Assembly (NCBI GenBank): GCA_963768055.1
Contig: CAVYGN010000002.1
Coordinates: 576,001 to 640,000, forward strand
DNA: 64,000 bases
Origin: an uncultured Spirochaetota bacterium
GTDB taxonomy: Bacteria > Spirochaetota > Brevinematia > Brevinematales > JAOACQ01
Direction: 5' to 3'
Under the pieces are notes generated by a model. That model was not told the DNA's origin, made no database searches, and saw only the letters and a program-made list of their open reading frames with translations. The position numbers and the translations under genes were made by a program. Below are positions 19,532 through 28,229 of the stretch, piece after piece. How positions within the stretch are numbered: position 1 is the stretch's first letter; the number at the start of each line of letters is the position of its first letter.

Positions 19532-20364
19532 ATAAAATAACGATTAATAATTCAAGCTATGAGATTAAACGTGCAAAAATCATAAAATCAAAGAATATGA
19601 CAGATACAGAAAAGCTTTTTGAAGTAAGCCTGTTTAACGGCGAAAGCCTCGATCATGAGCCAGGACAGTTTATCGAAGCGTCCCTTTTCGGGGCAGGAGA
19701 AGCTCCAATATCGATCGCTTCCTCGCCGACAAAGAGAGATTCTTTTGAACTTTGTGTAAGGGCCATAGGGAAATTCACTACAGCAATGCACCGTCTTGAC
19801 GCCGGGGATGAAATAGGAATCAGAGGGCCTTTCGGAAAGGGGTTCCCTATCCGTCTTCTTTTCGGTAAAGATTTAGTTCTTATAGCCGGGGGGCTGGGAA
19901 TAGCCCCTCTCAGATCTTTGATAAATTTTGTAATGGATAACCGCCGTGATTTCGGAAAAGTCGATATGCTTCTTGGCTGCAAAACTCCCCAGAATATGCT
20001 GTTCGGAGACGAAGTTGAAAAATGGTCCCAAAGGATGGACGTGAACTTCAACTGCTCTGTCGACCAGGCATCCCCCGAATGGGCCGGTAATGTCGGTCTT
20101 ATCACTTCATTGATCCCGGGCGTAACTATCGTGCCGGACAGGACCTTCGCGGTAGTAGTCGGCCCACCTGTCATGTATAAATTCGTTATTAAAGAATTGA
20201 TAGCAAAAAATATTCCTGAAAATCAGATACTCATTTCCCTTGAAAGACATATGAAATGCGGTCTGGGTAAATGCGGCCACTGCCAGATCCACAGCATATA
20301 CTGTTGTCAGGACGGGCCTGTTTTCCCCTATGACATGATCAAGAATTTAAAAGGGGCGATTTAA
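19528..20364 (+). CDS. Group 3b hydrogenase gamma subunit (FAD/NAD(P)-binding, 2Fe-2S)
   Basis: PGQF, RGPFGKGF, AGGLGIAP, ERHMKCGLGKCGHC, CQDGPVF; start moved to ATG overlapping the beta stop (ATGA). Confidence 0.9.
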   Translation: MNKITINNSSYEIKRAKIIKSKNMTDTEKLFEVSLFNGESLDHEPGQFIEASLFGAGEAPISIASSPTKRDSFELCVRAIGKFTTAMHRLDAGDEIGIRGPFGKGFPIRLLFGKDLVLIAGGLGIAPLRSLINFVMDNRRDFGKVDMLLGCKTPQNMLFGDEVEKWSQRMDVNFNCSVDQASPEWAGNVGLITSLIPGVTIVPDRTFAVVVGPPVMYKFVIKELIAKNIPENQILISLERHMKCGLGKCGHCQIHSIYCCQDGPVFPYDMIKNLKGAI

Positions 20365-20365
20365 T

Positions 20366-21112
20366 ATGAAAAAACCAAAGGTGGCTTTCTTCGACTTCGC
20401 CTGCTGCGAGGGATGCCAGCTTCAAATAGCCAACATGGGTGAGAAATTGCTGGACTTACTCGATTCCGTCGAGGTAGTTGAATTCAGGGAAGTCATGTCG
20501 GAAAAATGGGACCAGAGTTACGACATCGCCATAATCGAGGGCAGCATAACAACCCCTCATGCAGTTGAATTGATAAAAGAAATCCGCCGCCGTTCAAAGA
20601 TAATAATAGCCTACGGCTCTTGCGCCACAATCGCCGGCGTAAACGGTATGAAAAACAACTATAAACTCGAGGAAATACGTAAATACGTATACGGCGACGA
20701 TTACAAATATATTGATACAATCCCCACTAAGCCCGTCCACCAGGTTATCCAGGTTGATTACTTCGTCCATAACTGTCCTATTTATCCCCCGGAATTCCTG
20801 GAAGTTTTAAAAGCCGCTCTGGCCGGCCTGCCTTATCATGTTCCGGATAAAGCGGTCTGCGTTGAATGTAAATTGAACGAAAACGTTTGCATGTACGACA
20901 AGGGAGTCACCTGCCTGGGCCCCATAACACGTGCAGGCTGCAATTCATGGTGCATTAACAACGGAAACATATGCTACGGATGCAGGGGAATGGTTTCCAA
21001 TCCCAACAAGAACGGATTCCAGGAAGTGCTTGATAGTTATAACATTTCCCTTGACTTTATCATGAAAAAAATGGATATGTACAATAAATGCAGGGAGAAT
21101 GACAAGAAATGA
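20366..21112 (+). CDS. Group 3b hydrogenase delta (small) subunit
   Basis: CCEGC, GSCA..AG, NCP, VCVECK, CLGPITRAGC, CYGCRG. Confidence 0.92.
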   Translation: MKKPKVAFFDFACCEGCQLQIANMGEKLLDLLDSVEVVEFREVMSEKWDQSYDIAIIEGSITTPHAVELIKEIRRRSKIIIAYGSCATIAGVNGMKNNYKLEEIRKYVYGDDYKYIDTIPTKPVHQVIQVDYFVHNCPIYPPEFLEVLKAALAGLPYHVPDKAVCVECKLNENVCMYDKGVTCLGPITRAGCNSWCINNGNICYGCRGMVSNPNKNGFQEVLDSYNISLDFIMKKMDMYNKCRENDKK

Positions 21113-22437
21113 GTGAAAAAAACATTAAAATAAAAGTCGAATACCTGACGCGTGTTGAAGGCCATGGAAACATTGTGGTTGATGTGAAGGATGGAAGGCT
21201 GGAAAAGTGCGAACTCAATATTGTCGAAGCGCCCCGTTTTTTCGAGGGGATGCTTCTGGGCCGGTCAATTTTTGAAGCCCAGCATATTACCTCCCGCATC
21301 TGCGGGATTTGCGCCTGCGGGCATACCCTGGCCTCGATCCAGGCGGCGGAAGACGCCATAGGATTCACCCCTTCGGACCAGACAAAAATACTAAGGCGCC
21401 TGCTCCTGAACATGGAAATTCTGGACAGCCATATTCTTCATATATATCTTCTTGTAGCCCCTGATCTTCTTGGCGTTAAAAGTTTCATCCCGCTTATTGA
21501 TTTGCATAATTCAGTAGTCCGCCGGGCCCTGCGTATGAAAAAAACCTGCAACGATATCTGTGAAATTCTTGTCGGCCGGCATGTCCACCCTATTTCCTGT
21601 ATTGTAGGCGGTTTTACTAAAATTCCCGGAGAAAGAGAACTCGATCTTATTCATTCACTCTTGAACGGAATGCGGCCTGATATAGATGCGACTGTGGAAC
21701 TATGTTCAACCCTTTCCTTCCCTTCCTTTGAAAGGGAAACAGAATATGTCGCTCTCGTTAGCGACGGCCCGGGTTACCCTCTTCTTGAAGGCGATATCGG
21801 ATCTACAGACGGTATAAGAATGGATAAAAATGATTATAAAAAGGTCACCAATGAATATATGGTCCATCATTCCAGCGCCAAGCGGGCCAGGCTCTCCCGG
21901 GAATCCTATCTCGTAGGTGCGCTTGCCCGTTTTAACCTAAACGGCGATAAATTATCCGGTAAAGCCCTTGATACGGCAAAAAAACTTGGACTAAAGAAAA
22001 AGGTGATTAATCCTTTCCTGAATACTGTAGCCCAGCTTGTGGAATGCGTAGAATGTCTTGAAGATTCCATAAAAATTATTGAAGACCTGAAAAAAACCGG
22101 GACAAATCGGGATGAGGAAATAGTGGTCGGAATCAACGAACAGCGCAGAATACCGGTCAGGGCAGGAAAAGGAGTCGGGGCAGTTGAAGTCCCCCGCGGC
22201 ACCCTGTATCATTATTACGAAGTTGATGAAAACGGAACGATAATAAATGCCGATTGCGTTATCCCTACGTCTCAGAACACCGGCAATATCGAGAGCGACA
22301 TGCGCAAATTCGTCCCTGAAATTCTTGATAAAAGCGAAGAAGAGATAACTCTTGCACTGGAAATGTTAGTCCGGGCCTATGACCCATGCGTTTCATGTTC
22401 GGCTCACTTTCTAGAGGTGAGTTTTGTCAATAGATAA
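21109..22437 (+). CDS. Group 3b [NiFe]-hydrogenase alpha (large) subunit
   Basis: TRVEGHG, L1 RICGIC...H, L2 RAYDPCVSCSAH plus short C-terminal tail. Confidence 0.95.
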   Translation: MSEKNIKIKVEYLTRVEGHGNIVVDVKDGRLEKCELNIVEAPRFFEGMLLGRSIFEAQHITSRICGICACGHTLASIQAAEDAIGFTPSDQTKILRRLLLNMEILDSHILHIYLLVAPDLLGVKSFIPLIDLHNSVVRRALRMKKTCNDICEILVGRHVHPISCIVGGFTKIPGERELDLIHSLLNGMRPDIDATVELCSTLSFPSFERETEYVALVSDGPGYPLLEGDIGSTDGIRMDKNDYKKVTNEYMVHHSSAKRARLSRESYLVGALARFNLNGDKLSGKALDTAKKLGLKKKVINPFLNTVAQLVECVECLEDSIKIIEDLKKTGTNRDEEIVVGINEQRRIPVRAGKGVGAVEVPRGTLYHYYEVDENGTIINADCVIPTSQNTGNIESDMRKFVPEILDKSEEEITLALEMLVRAYDPCVSCSAHFLEVSFVNR

Positions 22438-24901
22438 AAGGCGGACGATCTGTCTTTTGATTGACTGGCTCAATACTGCCTACCATAACGAAATTCTATC
22501 AGGTATATCCGATTTCACTGAAAAAAACGGTTTGAATTTGATCTGCATAGCAACCGGAAGGCTTGACGCTCCATATGAATGGGAAAAGAACAGGAATATT
22601 TTATTCGGTATTATAAGCCGCCGCAGGATGGACGGACTGATCGTGGTGGCGCCGCCGCTGGCTAATTTCTCGGGGCGCGACCGCCTGGAAACTTTTCTTG
22701 AACGTTACAGGAACTACCCCATGGTCTGCATTGGTGAAAAAATATTAGGTAAACCCTCTGTCCTGACTGATAATACAAAGGGTATGAGGGATTTAATGAA
22801 ACACCTTATCGAACATCATGGCTATAAAAAAATAGCCTATGTATCCGGCCCTCCCGGAAGCACTGACTCTGAAAAACGGTTTAAAGCTTATCGCGATATG
22901 CTGAATGAACATGGGCTGACTTTTGAAGAAAAACTGATTGTGAGCGGTAATTTCGCGTTCAGCTCCGGTAAAGAAGCTGTTAGAATTTTGATGGATGAAA
23001 GGAAAGTTCCGTTTGACGCTATTGTTTCGGCAAACGATTACATGGCCCTTGGGATGATAGATGAAATGCAGTTCCGGGGCCGCTTTGCAGCTGACGTGAT
23101 ACCCGTCACCGGATTTGATGATATAATGGAAAGCCGCAAGACAAAGCTCACAACAGTCAGGCAGCCGATTTACGATCTTGGCCTTTTTGCCGCAGGCCTA
23201 ATCACAAGATGTATGAACGGTGAAAAAGTCCCCGAGGACACTCTCTTTCCCACAGAACTCGTATTAAGGGAGTCATGCGGCTGTTTCTCCGAAAGCTTAA
23301 CCGAACCAAATACCGGAAGTACCAATGTACTCGGCGATATATTTTCCCAGAGTTCATCCGAAATAAGGGAAGACCTGATATCAAGAATAACCGGCCGCGA
23401 TCTGGGCATCGGCAATCTTAATGAAGACTGGGTTTCAGATTCCCTCGGACTATTGTTCGACAGCCTTGTAAGGGTCATCAAAGGTGAAAAATCTGCTGAC
23501 TTCTTTTTGACCTGGAACAGGATCATCAGGGAGACATCCTCGAAAGATATAGGTTTTCCCTTTCTTCATATCTTATTGTCTTTATTCAGAAATTATATTA
23601 TTTCATATATGCCTGACAGGAGGATTCTGATAGAGGCGGAAGATCTCTTTCAGGAAGCCAGGATCATGATAGGAGACATAATCCAGAGGGGCGAATTGAT
23701 CGAAAAGATTATGGACGATTCGAAAATGGAAGATATCAGCGATTTCGCTGCAAGGCTTTCAAATACGTATACTCTTGAAGACCAGTTCTGCGTGCTTTTT
23801 TCAAACCTTCCAACCCTTGGAATCAAAAGCTGCTATATTTCACTTTATGAAAACCCTGAAGACCCGATCCTAACTTCAAAACTGATGTTCGCCTTTAACA
23901 ACGGGGGACGGATAAAACTGCCTGAAGAAGGGAAATCATATCCTACAAACGATATCATTCCCGATGATATTTTTCCTTATGAAAAACCCTTCACACTTAT
24001 TACCGAAAATCTTTTCCAGGGAAAGTCCCAGCTTGGATTTGTTATATTCGAATACGGCCCTAAGAACGCCCAGATATATGAAATATTGAGGGCAAAAATC
24101 AACGACGGCCTGATCGGGACTCTTATGTTCCAGAAAATCCAGAACCAGGCAAAGGACCTTGAAAAGCAGGTTATTGAAAGGACATCTGAACTTTACAGGG
24201 CAAACGCCCAACTCCATCTCGAAATGCAAGAAAAGCAGAAGGCTGAAGAAAAGCTGAAGAAAAGCGAGGAGCGTTTCCGTGAAATGGCTCTTCTTCTGCC
24301 TACGGTGATAGTAGAAACGGATATGAACCTTAATATTATATTTCTAAACAGGGCGGGGATGGAAATCCTGGAAATGAACGAGGAATCCTTGAAAAGCAGG
24401 CGGTCTTTCCTGGAATTTATTATGGGAGAGGACAGGCCGAAAATCGAGGAATACGCCTCTCAGGTAATAACAGGACAGATTATGAATTTTATTGCCTTCA
24501 GGCTTATAAAGAAAGATATGTCGAAAATTACTTTCCTCTCAAAGGCCGACCCTGTATATATCAATAATGTAATAGAGGGAATTCGCTGGAATGCCATTGA
24601 TATTAAGCCTATGATATCATCGGCATTCAAACCCGAAGAATCTTTCTACCGCGATTTCCACTTCACACAGAGGGAAAAAGAAGTCCTTGACTTTGTAATG
24701 CAGGGTTATAAAAACAGGGAGATTGCAGGAAAGCTTTTTATCCAGACCGGATCGGTTAAGGACCATATCACAAGTATTTTTTCAAAAATTGGCGTAAGCA
24801 GCAGGGAAGAATTTTTTGAAAAGATGAAAGATTACCAGTTAAACCGATTCGGATATCAGTCCTTCGTATTCACTCTTCTTAGTAAAATGATGAAAGAATG
24901 A
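22424..24901 (+). CDS. One-component regulator: LacI-type ligand-binding domain, coiled coil, PAS domain, C-terminal LuxR HTH
   Basis: DN..G...LMKHL..HHGYKKIAY, VSANDYMALG, TGFDD, LTTVRQP, LVLRESCGC; SEERFR-PAS; FTQREKEVL...GYKNREIA.KLFI...VKDHITSIFSKIGV. Confidence 0.88.
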   Translation: MSIDKRRTICLLIDWLNTAYHNEILSGISDFTEKNGLNLICIATGRLDAPYEWEKNRNILFGIISRRRMDGLIVVAPPLANFSGRDRLETFLERYRNYPMVCIGEKILGKPSVLTDNTKGMRDLMKHLIEHHGYKKIAYVSGPPGSTDSEKRFKAYRDMLNEHGLTFEEKLIVSGNFAFSSGKEAVRILMDERKVPFDAIVSANDYMALGMIDEMQFRGRFAADVIPVTGFDDIMESRKTKLTTVRQPIYDLGLFAAGLITRCMNGEKVPEDTLFPTELVLRESCGCFSESLTEPNTGSTNVLGDIFSQSSSEIREDLISRITGRDLGIGNLNEDWVSDSLGLLFDSLVRVIKGEKSADFFLTWNRIIRETSSKDIGFPFLHILLSLFRNYIISYMPDRRILIEAEDLFQEARIMIGDIIQRGELIEKIMDDSKMEDISDFAARLSNTYTLEDQFCVLFSNLPTLGIKSCYISLYENPEDPILTSKLMFAFNNGGRIKLPEEGKSYPTNDIIPDDIFPYEKPFTLITENLFQGKSQLGFVIFEYGPKNAQIYEILRAKINDGLIGTLMFQKIQNQAKDLEKQVIERTSELYRANAQLHLEMQEKQKAEEKLKKSEERFREMALLLPTVIVETDMNLNIIFLNRAGMEILEMNEESLKSRRSFLEFIMGEDRPKIEEYASQVITGQIMNFIAFRLIKKDMSKITFLSKADPVYINNVIEGIRWNAIDIKPMISSAFKPEESFYRDFHFTQREKEVLDFVMQGYKNREIAGKLFIQTGSVKDHITSIFSKIGVSSREEFFEKMKDYQLNRFGYQSFVFTLLSKMMKE

Positions 24902-24927
24902 TCATTTCACATTAATTTTCTTTAGTC

Positions 24928-24988
24928 CCTACCTATAGTCGGCTATAATCCCCCCCTATGGTCTGGTAATAATCCGACCTTCGGGATA
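24928..24988. promoter_or_regulatory. Three phased operator-like sites (consensus near CCGAC-N5-GTCGG), 23-bp period
   Basis: CCTACCTATAGTCGG at 24928, CCCCCCTATGGTCTG at 24951, CCGACCTTCGGGATA at 24974. Confidence 0.6.
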
Positions 24989-25022
24989 TTTTATTTTTCG
25001 CAGGATAAATTAAAATATCACT

Positions 25023-25147
25023 GCGAAAAAAGTTAACTTGCGCAAAAGAAAATCCTCAAATGAATTATTACAAAAAGACCCCCTAGACACACCCCCATGA
25101 AAGGGAAGCGGAGACAAGACCGCTGCCCGCTTTGTGGGGGATTTTTT
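25023..25147 (+). ncRNA. Candidate small RNA or attenuator-like transcript ending in a long hairpin plus U-tract
   Basis: TAAAAT at 25011-25016 downstream of the operators; hairpin 25092-25140 followed by ATTTTTT; no long ORF. Confidence 0.35.
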
Positions 25148-25148
25148 A

Positions 25149-25251
25149 TGGTCGAATCGATTAATATGCAAATCTCTTTTATGGAGTCAATTTTTATCCC
25201 GCTGGATTCGAAAACTTGAACTGCATCATCTCAAAACGGCGGCAAGCGCTG
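25149..25251 (+). repeat. Truncated left-arm copy of the MITE-like repeat
   Basis: ATGGAGTCAATTTTTA...GAAAACTTGAACTGCATCATCTCAAAACGGC matches the reverse complement of 2811-2879. Confidence 0.8.
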
Positions 25252-25528
25252 GGGGCCGAACTGATCAATATGCAGATTACTTTATGAAGTAAATTTTTTT
25301 ACCGCGCTGAGTTCACAAGCTTGAACTGCAATGCTTTAAAACTGTCGCAAGCGCTGATGGAATTCTTTTTTAATAAAAAATTATTTTATCAATATGAGAT
25401 TATTAAAATATAACGTGCGGCCTCAGTTAAGCGCTTGCTCCAGTTTTTCAGCGGCAGTTCTTACGCTTGCTCATAACGCGCGTAAAAAATTTAACTTCAA
25501 ATAACCTTCATATTGTCATTAATTCGGA
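25252..25528. mobile_element. ~277-bp MITE-like element, second full copy
   Basis: Left arm GGGGCCGAACTGATCAATATG...CAAGCGCTG; inverted right arm similar to 2629-2736 (GAAAAAC..GCAAG.GCTT.AC..AGGCC). Confidence 0.6.
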
Positions 25529-25574
25529 GGAATAGGACCGAGAATTTGATTGTCGTTTTTTAATGGCCTGAAGC

Positions 25575-25674
25575 GTCATTTCGAGCGAAGCGTTTATCCT
25601 GTAAGGGAGAAATCTCTCCAAGGGAAGATTTCTCGTCCCCCTACGGGGTTAAACGCTATGCTCCTCGAAATGAC
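25575..25674. repeat. 100-bp REP-like palindrome GTCATTTCGAG...CTCGAAATGAC
   Basis: Perfect 11-bp outer arms; inner pairs AGCGTTTA/TAAACGCT and GAGAAATCT/AGATTTCTC. Confidence 0.8.
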
Positions 25675-25786
25675 ATAGCGGGTAAAAACAGACAATATTA
25701 AACAACTGATTTTAAAATCCAGGAAATTATTTGTTTTTTTAAAAGCCTGGCAATATAATTACTATTCTATATTTATCTGTTTTTAC

Positions 25787-25859
25787 GGGGATGTAGCTCA
25801 GTTGGGAGAGCACTACAATGGCATTGTAGGGGCCGTGGGTTCAATTCCCATCATCTCCA
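25787..25859 (+). tRNA. tRNA-Ala (GGC)
   Basis: Full cloverleaf: GGGGATG/CATCTCC acceptor with G3:U70, CTACA-ATGGCAT-TGTAG anticodon arm, TTCAATT T-loop; CCA not encoded. Confidence 0.97.
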
Positions 25860-25861
25860 AT

Positions 25862-25893
25862 AGCCGGCTGTAATTTTGCAGCCGGCTTTTTTT
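25862..25893 (+). terminator. Rho-independent terminator after tRNA-Ala
   Basis: AGCCGGCTG/CAGCCGGCT stem followed by T-run. Confidence 0.85.
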
Positions 25894-25958
25894 ATGATGC
25901 CTCAAAAACTTTATTTTAAAAATAAATTGGGCTATAATAGAAAATATTGGAATATAAT

Positions 25959-26801
25959 ATGTTTAAGATAAAGGAAATATACAGTCTGGCGCCGGGGACC
26001 CTTCACGCTCTTATAGACGCCCCTTTTATAGCGAAAAAGGCTCAAGCGGGACAATTTGTAATAATCAGAGGTTCCGAGAAAGGCGAAAGGATACCATTAA
26101 CCATCGCGGATTATGACAGGGCTAATGGAACCATATCTATCGTTTTCCAGGTATTGGGAAAATCTACAACACAACTTGCAAATCTTAAGAAAAACGATAC
26201 GCTTCCCGATCTCTTAGGCCCTCAGGGTAATCCATCCGAGATAAGTAATTTCGGCCGGGTTGCCGTAATTGGAGGAGGGGTTGGCGTGGCCGCAGCTTAT
26301 CCTGTAGCTAAAAGCTTAAAAAAATCTCTTAACAATGTCATAACGGTAGCAGGTTTCCGCTCCAAGGATAACTTATTCTGGATTGAAAAGATGGAAAAGG
26401 TTTCAGACAGGCTTCTAATATCGACAAATGACGGTTCTCATGGAAAAAAAGGTTTTGTAACGGATATTTTAAAAGAAATCCTGGACAGCGGCGATAAAAT
26501 CGACAGGGTTATAGCTATAGGACCGGCGATAATGATGAAATCAGTAGCAGATTTAACGAGAAATTATAATATTAAAACTATCGTAAGCCTTAATTCACTT
26601 ATGGTCTGCGGTATGGGTATGTGCGGCGCTTGCCGGGTTACAATCGGGGGGAAAACTAATTTCACCTGCATGGACGGCCCTGATTTCGACGGACATCTTG
26701 TCGATTTTAAAGAGTTAATGATGAGATTGGATTCTTATAGACATGAGGAGAAAACCTGCCTTGAGAGATGGAATAGAGAGTGCATTAATGTCCCCGGCTA
26801 A
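25959..26801 (+). CDS. nfnA: NfnA/SudB-type electron-transfer subunit of transhydrogenase
   Basis: AGQFVI, GERIPLTIAD, GPQG, IGP..MM, MVCGMGMCGACRV, CMDGPDFDG. Confidence 0.88.
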   Translation: MFKIKEIYSLAPGTLHALIDAPFIAKKAQAGQFVIIRGSEKGERIPLTIADYDRANGTISIVFQVLGKSTTQLANLKKNDTLPDLLGPQGNPSEISNFGRVAVIGGGVGVAAAYPVAKSLKKSLNNVITVAGFRSKDNLFWIEKMEKVSDRLLISTNDGSHGKKGFVTDILKEILDSGDKIDRVIAIGPAIMMKSVADLTRNYNIKTIVSLNSLMVCGMGMCGACRVTIGGKTNFTCMDGPDFDGHLVDFKELMMRLDSYRHEEKTCLERWNRECINVPG

Positions 26802-28200
26802 AAAACAGGTTAAAATGAGGGAGCAGAGCCCTCTTGAAAGGATAAACAATTGGAACGAAGTTCCTTTAGGCTATTCCGCCGATGAGGCCATTTTAGAAAG
26901 CCAAAGGTGTCTTCAATGCCGAAATAAGCCATGTATAAAGGGTTGCCCGGTTTTAATAGAAATACCGGAATTTATTAAAGCTATCGTGGAAAACAATTTC
27001 CAGGAAGCGATCGATATAATACACAAAAGCGATGCGCTACCTGCGGTAACAGGAAGAGTTTGCCCTCAGGAAGATCAATGCCAGCTTTTATGCATAGCAG
27101 GCAAAACCGGCGATCCCATTTCCATCGGACGTCTTGAACGATTCTCGGCAGATTGGGATTTAAATAACAGAATCTTTTTAACTAACGGAATCGACGGCAT
27201 CGGTGTTTCTCCTGGGGAAAAGCGAGTAGCGGTCGTAGGCTCCGGGCCGGCAGGTTTAAGCTGCGCAGCAGATCTTGCAAGAAACGGTTATCAGGTAACT
27301 GTTTTCGAAGGTTATCATAAACCGGGAGGTGTTCTTGTTTATGGAATTCCAGAATTCAGGCTTCCCAAGTTAATTGTCAAAAGCGAAATCGATTTTCTGA
27401 TAAACCTTGGCGTCACTTTTATGACTAACATTCTGATTGGAAGGGCGCTCACTATAGAGGATTTATTCAACGAAGGGTATGAGGCAATATTCATAGGGAC
27501 CGGCGCTGGGCTTCCCAAATTTATGAATATTCCCGGGGAGAATCTTAACGCCATATATTCGGCAAATGAGTTCCTTACCCGGGTTAATCTTATGAAGGCA
27601 TATCTTGCCGAAGAATATGACACACCCGTGAGGCATGGGAAAAATGTGGCTGTAATCGGCGGGGGAAATGTGGCAATGGACGCTGCAAGAACAGCTATAA
27701 GGCTCGGGGCCGAGCATGTTTATATAGTATACCGTAGAACGGAAAACGAAATGCCTGCAAGAATTGAGGAAATGCATCATGCCCTCGAAGAGGGCATTGA
27801 ATTTTTAACTTTGACTGCTCCGGTCCTTTATAAGGGTGATGAAAACGGTTTCGTTAAAAACATGGTCTGCCAAAAAATGGAACTGGGAGAACCCGATGCA
27901 TCCGGCCGAAGAAGCCCTAAACCTTTAAAAGGTTCTGAGTTTTCAATGGCAGTCGATGAAGTGATAGTGGCAATCGGTTCAACGCCGAATCCGATAATTG
28001 CCCGGACAACTCATAGCCTGAACTTAAAAAAGAACGGCGAAATAATTATCGATGACAAATGCAGAACATCTGTTAAAGGCGTTTTTGCCGGAGGGGACAT
28101 AGTCACGGGATCGGCTACAGTTGTAACCGCTATGGGAACAGGCAGACTCGCAGCAAAATCCATCCATGAATATTTCCAAAAAGGGAATTGGGATTCATAA
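26788..28200 (+). CDS. nfnB: NfnB/SudA-type bifurcating flavoprotein (GltD-like)
   Basis: RCLQC..PC..GCP, GRVCPQEDQC, GSGPAG, YGIPEFRLP, GGGNVAMDAAR, YRR; paired with nfnA; start moved to ATG 26788. Confidence 0.88.
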   Translation: MSPAKKQVKMREQSPLERINNWNEVPLGYSADEAILESQRCLQCRNKPCIKGCPVLIEIPEFIKAIVENNFQEAIDIIHKSDALPAVTGRVCPQEDQCQLLCIAGKTGDPISIGRLERFSADWDLNNRIFLTNGIDGIGVSPGEKRVAVVGSGPAGLSCAADLARNGYQVTVFEGYHKPGGVLVYGIPEFRLPKLIVKSEIDFLINLGVTFMTNILIGRALTIEDLFNEGYEAIFIGTGAGLPKFMNIPGENLNAIYSANEFLTRVNLMKAYLAEEYDTPVRHGKNVAVIGGGNVAMDAARTAIRLGAEHVYIVYRRTENEMPARIEEMHHALEEGIEFLTLTAPVLYKGDENGFVKNMVCQKMELGEPDASGRRSPKPLKGSEFSMAVDEVIVAIGSTPNPIIARTTHSLNLKKNGEIIIDDKCRTSVKGVFAGGDIVTGSATVVTAMGTGRLAAKSIHEYFQKGNWDS

Positions 28201-28229
28201 TTACATAATCAGAAAAGACGGGGGTGATC

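Noticed and set aside
22370..22410. Selenocysteine ([NiFeSe]) hydrogenase
   Set aside because: L2 motif is DPCVSC with ordinary Cys codons and no in-frame TGA
25099..25135. Cobalamin riboswitch resemblance (AGGGAA-GCGG...CCGC-TGCCCGC)
   Set aside because: No T-loop consensus, no ACTG or B12 box and no downstream B12 gene; the bases are better explained by one long hairpin
24920..25530. CRISPR array
   Set aside because: Repeats are degenerate, few and partly inverted, with no unique spacers and no cas genes
26788..28200. Glutamate synthase small subunit (gltD)
   Set aside because: No gltB; pairing with an NfnA-type gene indicates NfnAB/SudAB
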